Assembly (NCBI GenBank): GCA_038064915.1
Contig: JBBTSB010000005.1
Coordinates: 10,615 to 74,614 of the forward strand
DNA: 64,000 nt
Direction of reading: 5' to 3'
From: Patescibacteria group bacterium
GTDB lineage: Bacteria; Patescibacteriota; Minisyncoccia; 2-02-FULL-40-12; IGHO2-01-FULL-4-A
Positions 54,399 through 63,007 of the stretch are shown here, in pieces; position 1 is the first letter of the stretch; each line of letters begins with the position of its first letter. Both the position numbers and the translations under genes were made by a program. The notes beneath the pieces were generated by a model that did no database searches, was not told where the DNA came from, and was given only the letters and a program-made list of their open reading frames with translations.

Positions 54399-55878
54399 TT
54401 TTTTACACTTCTATCAGCCGGCGGGACAACAAGACGATATTTTGGAAGCTATCGTCGATCAATCGTATCGGCCGCTCTTTGAAGGGTTTGCTGCGCGCCC
54501 GCGACTGCGCCTCACCATCAACATCAATGGTTCTCTCATGGAACTGTTTGATACAACAAAATATCGCGGGCTGATTGACATCTTACGAACGATGGGCAAA
54601 GAGGGGAGACTAGAGTTTACCTCTACGGCAAAATTCCACGCAGTATTGCCATTTATCAATGAACAGGAAATCCTTCGCCAGGTTACGCTCAACGACGAGA
54701 CGAATCGTTTCTATCTTGGCGAGGCATACCAACCGCGGGGGTTTTTTGCGCCGGAGATGGCGTACAAGCCGGAGCTTACGTCCATTATCGAAAACATGGG
54801 ATTTCAGTGGCTGATTCTGGATGAAATTGCCGGCACCGGTGGCACAGGTCTCATTGACTATACCAAAACCCATCAGATCAAGGGATCAAGCCTCCGTGTA
54901 TTTTTCCGCGAGCGTCGCTTGAGCAACCTCATCATGAGCGCGGTGGTGCGTTCACCGGAGACGCTTAAAGATGCGATGAAAGATGATCTTGCCAGCGGCC
55001 GCTACATGGTGACAGCGATGGATGGGGAGACGTTTGGCCACCACCGGCCGGGGTTGCATCGGCTCTTGCTGGGAATTTACGACACGCCGGATTTTGAACT
55101 GATTCAGGTTTCCGAGATTGAGAAATATTTTCCGGAGATCAAAGAGATCCAACTCATCGCCTCCACCTGGGCGTCAAGCAAGGAAGATATCGAGCGTGGC
55201 GCGCAGTTTTTGTCCTGGTCTGATCCGGAGAATGTATTGCATCACCTGCAGTGGGACTTTACCAAGCTCGTGCTCGATGAAGTGTACCGGCTTGCTCCGA
55301 GCCATCCCGCATATCCCATAGTGCGAAATAAAATGGATATGGCGCTTGCCAGTGACCATTTTTGGTGGGCATCGGCAAAGCCATGGTGGAGTCTCGAAAT
55401 GATCGAGATCGGCGCATTCCGCTTGCTTGATACGATCCGTCAAATTCCCGATGTCGCCGTCGAACGCCTCGAGCGGGCAAGCAACTACTACATGGAAATT
55501 GTTATCACAGCATTTGCCTGGCAGCGTTCCGGGAAAATTCGCTCTATGATGAAGGAACAGCAGTCGATGCTCCGCATTCCGTTTAAAGACCGGACCATTG
55601 GTCGTGGAGGAGCGGAAGAGGGCGTGTACCATGCCTTTATCGATATGATGAAAGATCTGGAGCAAAAAGCGGCGCAGACCGGAGAATATGAAAAGGCGAT
55701 TCTCTGGCGCGACGCGCTGTTTAAGCTCGAAAACAAACTCGACATCTACGATACTATCAATGCCATTGATCTTTTGCGCGTGGAAATTCCGCACAAGGAC
55801 GTTGAGGCAACGATCGAAAAGTACAAAGCAAAATATCACGCCATCCGCGGTGGCCAACCCGAACAGCGGGGAAGCTAA
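54385..55878 (+). CDS. Glycoside hydrolase family 57 with C-terminal UvrB/C-like motif
   Basis: LHFYQP, GFFAPEMAY, AMDGETFGHH, ASDHFWW; AAQTGEYEKAILWRD. Confidence 0.88.
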   Translation: MRWANFLHFYQPAGQQDDILEAIVDQSYRPLFEGFAARPRLRLTININGSLMELFDTTKYRGLIDILRTMGKEGRLEFTSTAKFHAVLPFINEQEILRQVTLNDETNRFYLGEAYQPRGFFAPEMAYKPELTSIIENMGFQWLILDEIAGTGGTGLIDYTKTHQIKGSSLRVFFRERRLSNLIMSAVVRSPETLKDAMKDDLASGRYMVTAMDGETFGHHRPGLHRLLLGIYDTPDFELIQVSEIEKYFPEIKEIQLIASTWASSKEDIERGAQFLSWSDPENVLHHLQWDFTKLVLDEVYRLAPSHPAYPIVRNKMDMALASDHFWWASAKPWWSLEMIEIGAFRLLDTIRQIPDVAVERLERASNYYMEIVITAFAWQRSGKIRSMMKEQQSMLRIPFKDRTIGRGGAEEGVYHAFIDMMKDLEQKAAQTGEYEKAILWRDALFKLENKLDIYDTINAIDLLRVEIPHKDVEATIEKYKAKYHAIRGGQPEQRGS

Positions 55879-55923
55879 GAAACCGTATTGCTGAAGAGGG
55901 TGATAGGGAGTGGGAGTAGTGGT

Positions 55924-56901
55924 TTACCGAGGTGATTTTTCAGGGTACCAATTGACGATTTCTTCGTGAAGCACAAAAATGTCGTTACTGATGACATCGC
56001 CTGCAAAGGTATTGCGGATGTTATTTATGATTTCCTTAAGACGCGTGTTATGGGCGACTGCAAACTCAAGCACAAGATCGTATTTACCCAAAAGTGTACT
56101 GGCAAAGGTGGATTCGGGAATCGTGGTTGCATGTTTGATGATCGACTCCACTACGGTTTGTGACTTGAGAGTAAATACCACCTGATAATGCTCCACACCA
56201 AATTTCCCGAAATTAATATCGAGTACAGGCGCACCGAGGATGCCGGTCTTTTTTAACTTTTCAATTCGATAGCGAACGACATTTACATGTGTTTTTGCCT
56301 GTCGCGCGATGGCAGAAAGATTTTCTCGCGCATTTTGGGCAAGTCGTTTGATGATGAGATGATCGATATCATCGATATTGGTTTGCTGTAAATCTTCAGG
56401 ATACGTATCGCGTTGCACCTTGCCGCCGTCGTAAAAGAAGCGAAAATTGAAACGATTTACCTGTGTTAGGGTGAGAATTTCCTGTTCGAGAATATATTCA
56501 CCAAACTTTGCCTTGAATGGTTGTAGGAATTGCTGAAGATCTTCGAGATTGCGTGCGATAACCAAAAAAGTTACATCATAACGTCCCTCAAGTCCTGCCA
56601 AGTAGGCGATAGATTTGTGGTGTTTGAGATAATTGGTTATTTCTTCTTCTTTTTGCTGTGTAGCCTTCTGAAACTTAAAGAAAAATTTGTAATAGTAGTA
56701 TCCAAGGCGTGAAATATGCACCGTCGTGCGAAAGTTTTTGATAAAACCGTTGGCGGTGAGACGCTTAACTCGAAAAGCTACCGTCTCCTTCGGGATTTTT
56801 ATTTTGTCAGCCAATCCCTGAAAAGAAGCATCGCTTTTGAGATCAAGCTCATAAAGTAGCTTTTGATCAGTAATATCGAGGTTTTTTTGTATTTTTGTCA
56901 T
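55924..56901 (-). CDS. Tandem Lrp/AsnC family transcriptional regulator
   Basis: Two repeats: LDITDQKLLYEL...VAFRVKRL and IDDIDHLIIKRL...VRYRIEKL, each with G.YD. Confidence 0.88.
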   Translation of the reverse strand: MTKIQKNLDITDQKLLYELDLKSDASFQGLADKIKIPKETVAFRVKRLTANGFIKNFRTTVHISRLGYYYYKFFFKFQKATQQKEEEITNYLKHHKSIAYLAGLEGRYDVTFLVIARNLEDLQQFLQPFKAKFGEYILEQEILTLTQVNRFNFRFFYDGGKVQRDTYPEDLQQTNIDDIDHLIIKRLAQNARENLSAIARQAKTHVNVVRYRIEKLKKTGILGAPVLDINFGKFGVEHYQVVFTLKSQTVVESIIKHATTIPESTFASTLLGKYDLVLEFAVAHNTRLKEIINNIRNTFAGDVISNDIFVLHEEIVNWYPEKSPR

Positions 56902-56970
56902 ATTTCTATTGCTCAACTATACATAAGTCTAGCATATATTTTAATATTGTGCAAGTTTTATATCAACAGC

Positions 56971-56998
56971 TTGACCAAATATAGAATAGGTATATAAT
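56971..56998 (+). promoter_or_regulatory. sigma70-type promoter
   Basis: TTGACC-N16-TATAAT upstream of the GC-rich two-gene unit. Confidence 0.7.
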
Positions 56999-57028
56999 TA
57001 CGTTAAGCCTGTGGAAAGGGGGAAGAAA

Positions 57029-57367
57029 GTGAAATGTGGGGTGAGGGGTCCTGATCGTGACACGATTCTTCAGATGCCGACGAAGGTCTACGAAAGATGG
57101 CTCTTGGATGAGGAAGCGCTCGAGTACTATGTCCGCGGAGGACCGGATGAAGACCGGCACATCTGGCTCCTCGACGGTGAGCGGAACGTCCTGATCGAGC
57201 TAAAGCAGGGATACAGGAGTACCGATCACTGGAGCGACAGGGTGGGAGAAACTATCGGCAAGGTGATAGAGAAGTTGAAAGCAGAGGGTAAGCGTCCACG
57301 CTTCGCCCTGATCATCAACGATCCGCCCGGCATGGACGGATGCCAAGGTCTCTACGTCATCGCATAA
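57029..57367 (+). CDS. GC-rich orphan protein
   Basis: AAAGGGGGA before GTG 57029; G/C-ending codon bias; start uncertain. Confidence 0.7.
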   Translation: MKCGVRGPDRDTILQMPTKVYERWLLDEEALEYYVRGGPDEDRHIWLLDGERNVLIELKQGYRSTDHWSDRVGETIGKVIEKLKAEGKRPRFALIINDPPGMDGCQGLYVIA

Positions 57368-57376
57368 GGAGTAGCC

Positions 57377-57541
57377 ATGAAGCATCGACCGTGCAGTTGT
57401 ACCAAAAAGATCCAGGAACTCGAGAGCAAGCTGCAAAAGATCGGGGAGCGTGTGCTCGGACTCGAAGCGCTTGCGATGCAAAAGGCCCTCCGAGATTTAC
57501 GAGCTGAGGCTCGGCTTCTCAAGGAGGAGCTTGAACGGTGA
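57377..57541 (+). CDS. Small coiled-coil protein (54 aa, not in ORF track)
   Basis: AAGGAG-N5-ATG; MKHRPCSCTKKIQELESKLQKIGERVLGLEALAMQKALRDLRAEARLLKEELER followed by TGA TAG. Confidence 0.72.
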   Translation: MKHRPCSCTKKIQELESKLQKIGERVLGLEALAMQKALRDLRAEARLLKEELER

Positions 57542-57581
57542 TAGTTCTCTGCCAAGTCCAGGGATAGGCTCCGGGTTGCGC

Positions 57582-57623
57582 GGTATCCTGTGCGCGTAAA
57601 AAGCGGATACCATCTTTTTTTTT
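57582..57623 (+). terminator. Putative intrinsic terminator
   Basis: GGTATCC...GGATACC followed by a T9 run. Confidence 0.55.
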
Positions 57624-57640
57624 GGCGCTAAGAAACAAGG

Positions 57641-57668
57641 CATTAAATCCCCGAAAGGGGATTTAATG
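57641..57668. terminator. Hairpin between convergent genes
   Basis: CATTAAATCCCC-GAAA-GGGGATTTAATG perfect stem with GNRA loop. Confidence 0.7.
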
Positions 57669-57683
57669 TTGAGACCGAAATAT

Positions 57684-58253
57684 TTATCGATTAACGAGGA
57701 GCGGCAGGGGATTGAGGGCTTCACGATGAGCGTACATCCCAAAGTGCAGATGTGGAGGGGTGGTTTCGGCATTGCCAGTGTTTCCTACATATCCGATGAC
57801 CGTATCGGGAGTGACCGATTGGCCGATGTGAATGCCATCCGCAAACCGGTCCAGGTGTGCGTAGTAATATCGGCGCGCCCCCGAGCCGATGATGTACATG
57901 GCATTTCCTCCAAGCTCCACGTCTCCTTTATAGAGGACGTAGCCGGAGGTTCCGGAAAACACGGGTGTTCCTTTTGTAGCAAAAATATCCTGGCCTTCAT
58001 GTGTTCGATCATTCCCGCGCGGCGCGCCCCAGGTATCGGTAATACCCGATACTTTTGTTCCATACACCGGCATGAGGATAGTAGCATCCGGCTCCTGCGA
58101 CGCAAGCTTTGCTATTTTGTATGGTAGAGTGACCTGCTCAATAAAGCTCGTGATTTTTTCGGGGTGAGTTTTTACATATCGTATTCCAAACGCAAAAAAA
58201 CCCACTACGCAGATGAGAAATAATCCGCAAATGATAAAAAGTTTTTTGGGCAT
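57684..58253 (-). CDS. M23 family peptidase
   Basis: HEGQDIFA, YYYAHLD and GNTGNAETTPPHLHFG motifs. Confidence 0.93.
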   Translation of the reverse strand: MPKKLFIICGLFLICVVGFFAFGIRYVKTHPEKITSFIEQVTLPYKIAKLASQEPDATILMPVYGTKVSGITDTWGAPRGNDRTHEGQDIFATKGTPVFSGTSGYVLYKGDVELGGNAMYIIGSGARRYYYAHLDRFADGIHIGQSVTPDTVIGYVGNTGNAETTPPHLHFGMYAHREALNPLPLLVNR

Positions 58254-58308
58254 CTAGATACTATATACTACAAAAGAAAAAGAAAAAACTTACGATAAAC
58301 TGAGATTG

Positions 58309-58425
58309 TTAAAAGAGTTTCAATAGTGACAAAATAAACAACACGCCAGCAACGATCAGATAAATTCCATTTCGTGACCGGAAGTAAAGAAATATTCCAC
58401 AGAGCATGAGAATAAAATAAATCAT
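58309..58425 (-). CDS. Possible 38-aa hydrophobic peptide or gene remnant
   Basis: MIYFILMLCGIFLYFRSRNGIYLIVAGVLFILSLLKLF*; the ATG abuts the last tRNA-end repeat. Confidence 0.35.
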   Translation of the reverse strand: MIYFILMLCGIFLYFRSRNGIYLIVAGVLFILSLLKLF

Positions 58426-58771
58426 TTGCTCCCGGGCAGGGACTCAGTCGCGCCTCTCGCGATGCCGTCGCATCGCTCGGGCTGACCACCACCTCGCGGA
58501 TTCATCTGCTGATTCATCATCGCTCCGGCGTTCTCGCCCTGACGTGAGTGCGATTGCGCACTCACTCCCGTCATCAAACGTGAAGCGTTTGCTCCCGGGC
58601 AGGGACTCAGTCGCGCCTCTCGCGATGCCGTCGCATCGCTCGGGCTGACCACCACCTCGCGGATTCATCTGCTGATTCATCATCGCTCCGGCGTTCTCGC
58701 CCTGACGTGAGTGCGATTGCGCACTCACTCCCGTCATCAAACGTGAAGCGTTTGCTCCCGGGCAGGGACTC
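58425..58771 (-). repeat. tRNA-Gln-linked tandem repeat, 2 x 163 bp + tRNA 3' end
   Basis: TTTGCTCCCGGGCAGGGACTC at 58425, 58588 and 58751 (period 163); the two intervening 142-bp segments are identical. Confidence 0.95.
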
Positions 58772-58825
58772 GAACCCCAATTACATGATTCAGAGTCATG
58801 TGTCCTACCATTAGACGACCCGGGA
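58755..58825 (-). tRNA. tRNA-Gln(CTG)
   Basis: TCCCGGG/CCCGGGA acceptor, CATGA-CTCTGAA-TCATG anticodon arm, GGTTCGAGTCC. Confidence 0.95.
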
Positions 58826-58878
58826 ATGTTTCTATACAATACCGAAAAATTGCGTTAGAGTAAAGAGAAAATCGAGCC

Positions 58879-59343
58879 ATGAAGCAAATCGAAAAAGCAA
58901 AATATGAAATGCCGTTTGAAAGTTCTGAAGAAGATTCCCATACGGTTAGCGTTTATGAAAAAAAATATGATGTATATCGTTTAATGCAACTTGCCCAAGA
59001 ACTTATCGTCACCCGTTTCAACACAGAACAATTGGCCTTAAAATTCCTTGATGATGAATGTTGGGATGATGAAAATGGAAATTTAACTACACCAAGAAAA
59101 GTTCTTGAAGCAATTCAATCAGTACGGGGAAATTATGGAGACGCTATGCGGAATCATCCTCTCTTACTTGATCATATTGCTGCTATAAAAGAAGCCGATC
59201 CTAATTATCCCATTCTCCTTGGACCGGATGGAACTGTTATTGATGGTGCACATCGTGTTATAAAGGCTCTACTAAATGGTGCGTCTGATGTTCCCATACG
59301 TCGGTTTGAGACTATGCCAGAAGATGCTAAGATGCAATCTTAA
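58879..59343 (+). CDS. ParB/Srx-like domain protein
   Basis: YPILLGPDGTVIDGAHRVIKA. Confidence 0.8.
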   Translation: MKQIEKAKYEMPFESSEEDSHTVSVYEKKYDVYRLMQLAQELIVTRFNTEQLALKFLDDECWDDENGNLTTPRKVLEAIQSVRGNYGDAMRNHPLLLDHIAAIKEADPNYPILLGPDGTVIDGAHRVIKALLNGASDVPIRRFETMPEDAKMQS

Positions 59344-59348
59344 ATTTT

Positions 59349-59588
59349 ATGTACACGCTTTACCTCATGCTCTGTCGCGACGACTCCATCTACACCGGCA
59401 TTACGACGGATATGGAACGGAGATTTAAGGAGCACCAAAATGGAGAGGGGAGCAGGTATACGCGGGCGAAAAAGGCAGTGAAGATTTTGTATACGGAAAA
59501 GTTTAAGACGCGAAGTAAAGCGTCAAAGAGGGAATATGAGATCAAGAGCTGGAGTAGGCAGAGAAAGTTAGCTATGATCAGCATATGA
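59349..59588 (+). CDS. GIY-YIG nuclease family protein (UPF0213-like)
   Basis: YLMLCRDDSIYTGITTDMERRFKEH..G.GSRYTR and ASKREYEIK motifs. Confidence 0.93.
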   Translation: MYTLYLMLCRDDSIYTGITTDMERRFKEHQNGEGSRYTRAKKAVKILYTEKFKTRSKASKREYEIKSWSRQRKLAMISI

Positions 59589-60517
59589 CGATTACAGATC
59601 TCAAACTTGGCCTCGGTACCTGGAAAGCGCCGGCGGATAAAGCGGGAGCTGTGGTGGAGTTTGCGCTCATGGAGGCGGAGTACAACCACATCGACTGCGC
59701 GGCGATCTATCGGAATGAAAAGGAAATCGGTGAGGCGTTTGCTCGCGTGTTTGGTAGCTCAAGAAAACGGGAAGATGTCTTTATTACGAGCAAGCTTTGG
59801 AATACCGAACACAAAGCAGAGCGGGTGATGCCAGCATGCAAGAATACGCTCGCTGATCTTCAACTCGATTATCTCGATCTGTACCTAATGCACTGGGGGA
59901 TAGCGATTCCGCCCAACGAAAGCGAGGCGCTGAATGTCCATGGAAGACTCAAAGAGCAGCTCGATGCAAACGGCTACCTCGTCACCGAAAAAGTTTCTGT
60001 GTGCGAGACGTGGGAAGCCATGGAGGGGCTCGTGAAAGCGGGTCTGGTCAAAGCCATCGGCGTGGCAAACTTTACTGCACCGATGATCCAGGATTTGCTT
60101 TCATATACAACAATTGCACCTGCGACTAATCAAATCGAGCTCCATCCGTACTTGCAACAGACCGCACTAGTAGAGTATTGCCATTACAATAATATCGCCG
60201 TCACTGCCTATTCACCGCAGGGCTCTCCAGGAAATTATGGTAAAGCCAAAAACATGCCGGTCATCGCGGAAGATCCCGTTATCATGGACATCGCAAAGCG
60301 TCACCGCAAATCTCCGACACAGATCATGATCCGCTGGGCAATACAGCGCAATACCATTCCCATTCCCAAGAGTCTCGATCCCGTGCATATCAAAGAAAAC
60401 ATCGATGTGTTTGATTTTGAGCTCTCAGCTGATGATATGCAAGCCATTGCCACTCTCAACCGCGACCTACATTTTGTAAATCCTTACGCTTGGTGGAAGA
60501 TACCGTATTTTAATTAA
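59585..60517 (+). CDS. Aldo/keto reductase
   Basis: GLGTW, HIDCAAIYRNE, FITSKLWN, LDYLDLYLMHW, NQIELHPY and IPKS motifs. Confidence 0.96.
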   Translation: MTITDLKLGLGTWKAPADKAGAVVEFALMEAEYNHIDCAAIYRNEKEIGEAFARVFGSSRKREDVFITSKLWNTEHKAERVMPACKNTLADLQLDYLDLYLMHWGIAIPPNESEALNVHGRLKEQLDANGYLVTEKVSVCETWEAMEGLVKAGLVKAIGVANFTAPMIQDLLSYTTIAPATNQIELHPYLQQTALVEYCHYNNIAVTAYSPQGSPGNYGKAKNMPVIAEDPVIMDIAKRHRKSPTQIMIRWAIQRNTIPIPKSLDPVHIKENIDVFDFELSADDMQAIATLNRDLHFVNPYAWWKIPYFN

Positions 60518-60625
60518 ATGGAAATTATCACCGCTCAAAATACTCCCGAAGAATTTGCTGGGTTCCAGAAACTGGAGGCAATGGGATTTCAAGTAGATCA
60601 ACTCCGGATGTGGAAGAAATTATAA
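60518..60625 (+). CDS. 35-aa ORF, possible internally deleted gene remnant
   Basis: MEIITAQNTPEEFAGFQKLEAMGFQVDQLRMWKKL*; exactly fills the gap (TAA-ATG upstream, TAATG overlap downstream). Confidence 0.5.
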   Translation: MEIITAQNTPEEFAGFQKLEAMGFQVDQLRMWKKL

Positions 60626-61011
60626 TGAAGGAAACCAACCTAACCATCACCATTAATAAGCTCATCCAGGAAGTTTTTGATTTTTGCATTAATCCCAAGA
60701 ACACGCCGTTGTGGATTGACGGTATACTACGAGAAGAAACAAACGAATGGCCGGTGAAAGTAGGCAGTATCTATAGGAATCAAAATATGAGAAATGAGTG
60801 GTCAGAATATGTGCTCACTGAGTTTCAACCTCCTAAGCTTTTTACTATGCATAAAAAAGATGCGCACTATACGGTGCGTTATACATTAAAACCTATAGGC
60901 GATGCAACAGAATTGAATTATTACGAGTGGATGGATGTAGGCGAACTGGAAGAGCCTTTCACTCTGGAAATTTTGCAAAAGCTTAAGTTAGCTATTGAAC
61001 AATCACTTTGA
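60625..61011 (+). CDS. SRPBCC family protein
   Basis: ITINK.IQEVFDF..NPKNTPLW, VGS.Y, TEFQPP..F and LQKLKLAIE motifs. Confidence 0.85.
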   Translation: MKETNLTITINKLIQEVFDFCINPKNTPLWIDGILREETNEWPVKVGSIYRNQNMRNEWSEYVLTEFQPPKLFTMHKKDAHYTVRYTLKPIGDATELNYYEWMDVGELEEPFTLEILQKLKLAIEQSL

Positions 61012-61686
61012 CACAATCAGTGCAATCTTGCGAGTAGGATCGGTGGTTTGGGTTTTGCTGTCCCAGTCGACGGCGGCGTTTTTGAGTATTGCAAACGTAT
61101 AGACATTGTCAGAGCCATCATCGCTACCGGGATCATGTACAATGAATCCCATTTCGTTGTACCCGATGACCGCCAGCATATGATAAAACGGCCCGCCATC
61201 CGCATAGTGCTGAGGGTTTTCCAGGAGTCGTGCGCTGAGGGGGAGTAGTACCACATGGCCATTTGCCAGTGCACGTTTCAAATCTGATTCTGTATAATCG
61301 CGTATTTGTCTTACGTCTAGGTCCAAAACCTTTTTTGCCATGCGAGATGTTTCATCGGCGCCGGTATCTTCATGATGGCCAAACGTTTTATCTTCCCAGG
61401 CGTTGAGCTCGTCGATCTTTTGTTGGACTTCAGCGGCAGGGAGGATTTTTTCCTTGCGGCCATCAAAGTAAGCTTGTGCCATGATAAGACTCGTCTCCTC
61501 GCAGTTCTCGTTATTTTCCCAGATTCCGGTGGGGGCTTGGGGCGAGAAGGGGACATCGAGTGTCAGCGATTCGGGTGTACTAGCAAGACTTTCAAAAAAC
61601 GAAATTTTGGATACAAAAAGAAATAGGACGATAAGGCCGAAGACGCTGACGATGACTATGTGCTTTTTGGAAAAACTAGCGAGCAT
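61003..61686 (-). CDS. C39-like peptidase family protein
   Basis: VPFSPQAP, NCEETS and YHMLAVIGY...FIVHDPG motifs. Confidence 0.85.
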   Translation of the reverse strand: MLASFSKKHIVIVSVFGLIVLFLFVSKISFFESLASTPESLTLDVPFSPQAPTGIWENNENCEETSLIMAQAYFDGRKEKILPAAEVQQKIDELNAWEDKTFGHHEDTGADETSRMAKKVLDLDVRQIRDYTESDLKRALANGHVVLLPLSARLLENPQHYADGGPFYHMLAVIGYNEMGFIVHDPGSDDGSDNVYTFAILKNAAVDWDSKTQTTDPTRKIALIVSK

Positions 61687-61739
61687 ACTCTATTGTACAC
61701 CGTTTTTGAAGTTTCGTATACTGGTGCTACAATGCGCTC

Positions 61740-62906
61740 ATGGAACCCCTTGCGTCACGCATTCGCCCCAAAAAGCTTGATGAATTTGTTGGACAGAGTC
61801 ATTTAGTTGGTCCCGGAAAACCATTGCGCGTGGCCATCGAAAAAGGCCATATTTTTTCGTTTATTCTGTGGGGACCACCTGGAGTTGGGAAGACCACGCT
61901 TGCAAAAATCTATGCAAAGTCGCTAGGTGCTGATTTACACGAACTCTCTGCCGTGTCAGCCGGTAAAGATGACATACGCGAAATTGTTGGAGGCGGCTCC
62001 GCCTTCGCTAAAGCTTCGGCGAGACAAGCGCAGTTGATGACGCAAATTTTGTTTCTGGACGAAATACATCGCTTCAATAAAGCCCAACAGGATTTCCTGT
62101 TGCCGTATGTGGAGAGAGGGGAGCTAATTCTCATCGGTGCCACGACCGAAAACCCCAGCTTTGAAATCATCTCGGCGCTTCTTTCGCGGTGCCGGGTTTT
62201 TGTTTTGAATTCGCTCTCGCCTGATGAAATGAAGCAAATCATTACTCAGACCAATATAAAAATACCTGCCGAAGCTCGTGATTGGCTGATCCAAATGGCA
62301 GACGGCGATGCGAGGCAAGCAATTACGGTTTTGGAAAACACCCTGTCTCTATACAAAAAAATTACCGTTGAAACCCTCAAAGACACGATTCAAAACAAAT
62401 TCCTGCGTTTCGATAAAAAGGGCGAGGAGCACTATAATACGATCTCTGCGTATATCAAAAGCATGCGCGCATCACAGCCCGATGCGGCGCTCTATTATCT
62501 GGCGCGGATGATCGAGTCAGGTGAGTCGCCGACGTTTATCGCGCGGCGCATGGTGATCTTTGCATCGGAAGACATTGGTATGGCGCATCCTACGGCACTG
62601 GTGGTGGCAAATGAAGTCATGGCCGCCGTGGATGCTGTGGGATTTCCCGAAGCGGCGATCAATCTTGCTCACGGCACGATCTACATGGCCACGGCTCCCA
62701 AAGACCGCGCGGTTGTCGATTCCCTGGGATTGGCCATGTCTGACGTCAAAGAACACGGCAATCTCCCGATCCCCATGTCGATCCGTAATGCACCTACAAA
62801 ACTAATGAAGAATCTGGGCTATGGAGCAGGCTATAAAAAATACACGAGCGAGGACTTGCTTCCGGAGAAAATAAAAGGGAAGAAGTACTACAAGCCGAAG
62901 CAATGA
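61740..62906 (+). CDS. rarA: Replication-associated recombination protein A
   Basis: PLASRIRP, WGPPGVGKTT, FLDEIHRFNKAQQD, GATTENPSF and ASEDIGMA motifs. Confidence 0.96.
   Translation: MEPLASRIRPKKLDEFVGQSHLVGPGKPLRVAIEKGHIFSFILWGPPGVGKTTLAKIYAKSLGADLHELSAVSAGKDDIREIVGGGSAFAKASARQAQLMTQILFLDEIHRFNKAQQDFLLPYVERGELILIGATTENPSFEIISALLSRCRVFVLNSLSPDEMKQIITQTNIKIPAEARDWLIQMADGDARQAITVLENTLSLYKKITVETLKDTIQNKFLRFDKKGEEHYNTISAYIKSMRASQPDAALYYLARMIESGESPTFIARRMVIFASEDIGMAHPTALVVANEVMAAVDAVGFPEAAINLAHGTIYMATAPKDRAVVDSLGLAMSDVKEHGNLPIPMSIRNAPTKLMKNLGYGAGYKKYTSEDLLPEKIKGKKYYKPKQ
61998..62029 (+). repeat. Short palindromic repeat, family B, in-frame inside rarA
   Basis: TCCGCCTTCGCTAAAGCTTCGGCGAGACAAGC, translated SAFAKASARQA. 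Confidence 0.75.
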
Positions 62907-63007
62907 AATGCATGATCATGACCGCTGCAGACCTGAGTGATTTTGAAAAAGATCGCTGAAGTCTGTACGAATTTGAAGTAATTGGCAAAATAGTGTATAA
63001 TGAAACC

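Noticed and set aside
58425-58771. CRISPR array (three 21-bp direct repeats)
   Set aside because: The spacers are identical and 142 bp long, the repeat is the tRNA 3' end, and there are no cas genes
58268-58839. ORFs of 74, 77 and 131 aa in the repeat region
   Set aside because: They run through the tRNA and the repeats with frame-shifted repeated peptides and have no start signals
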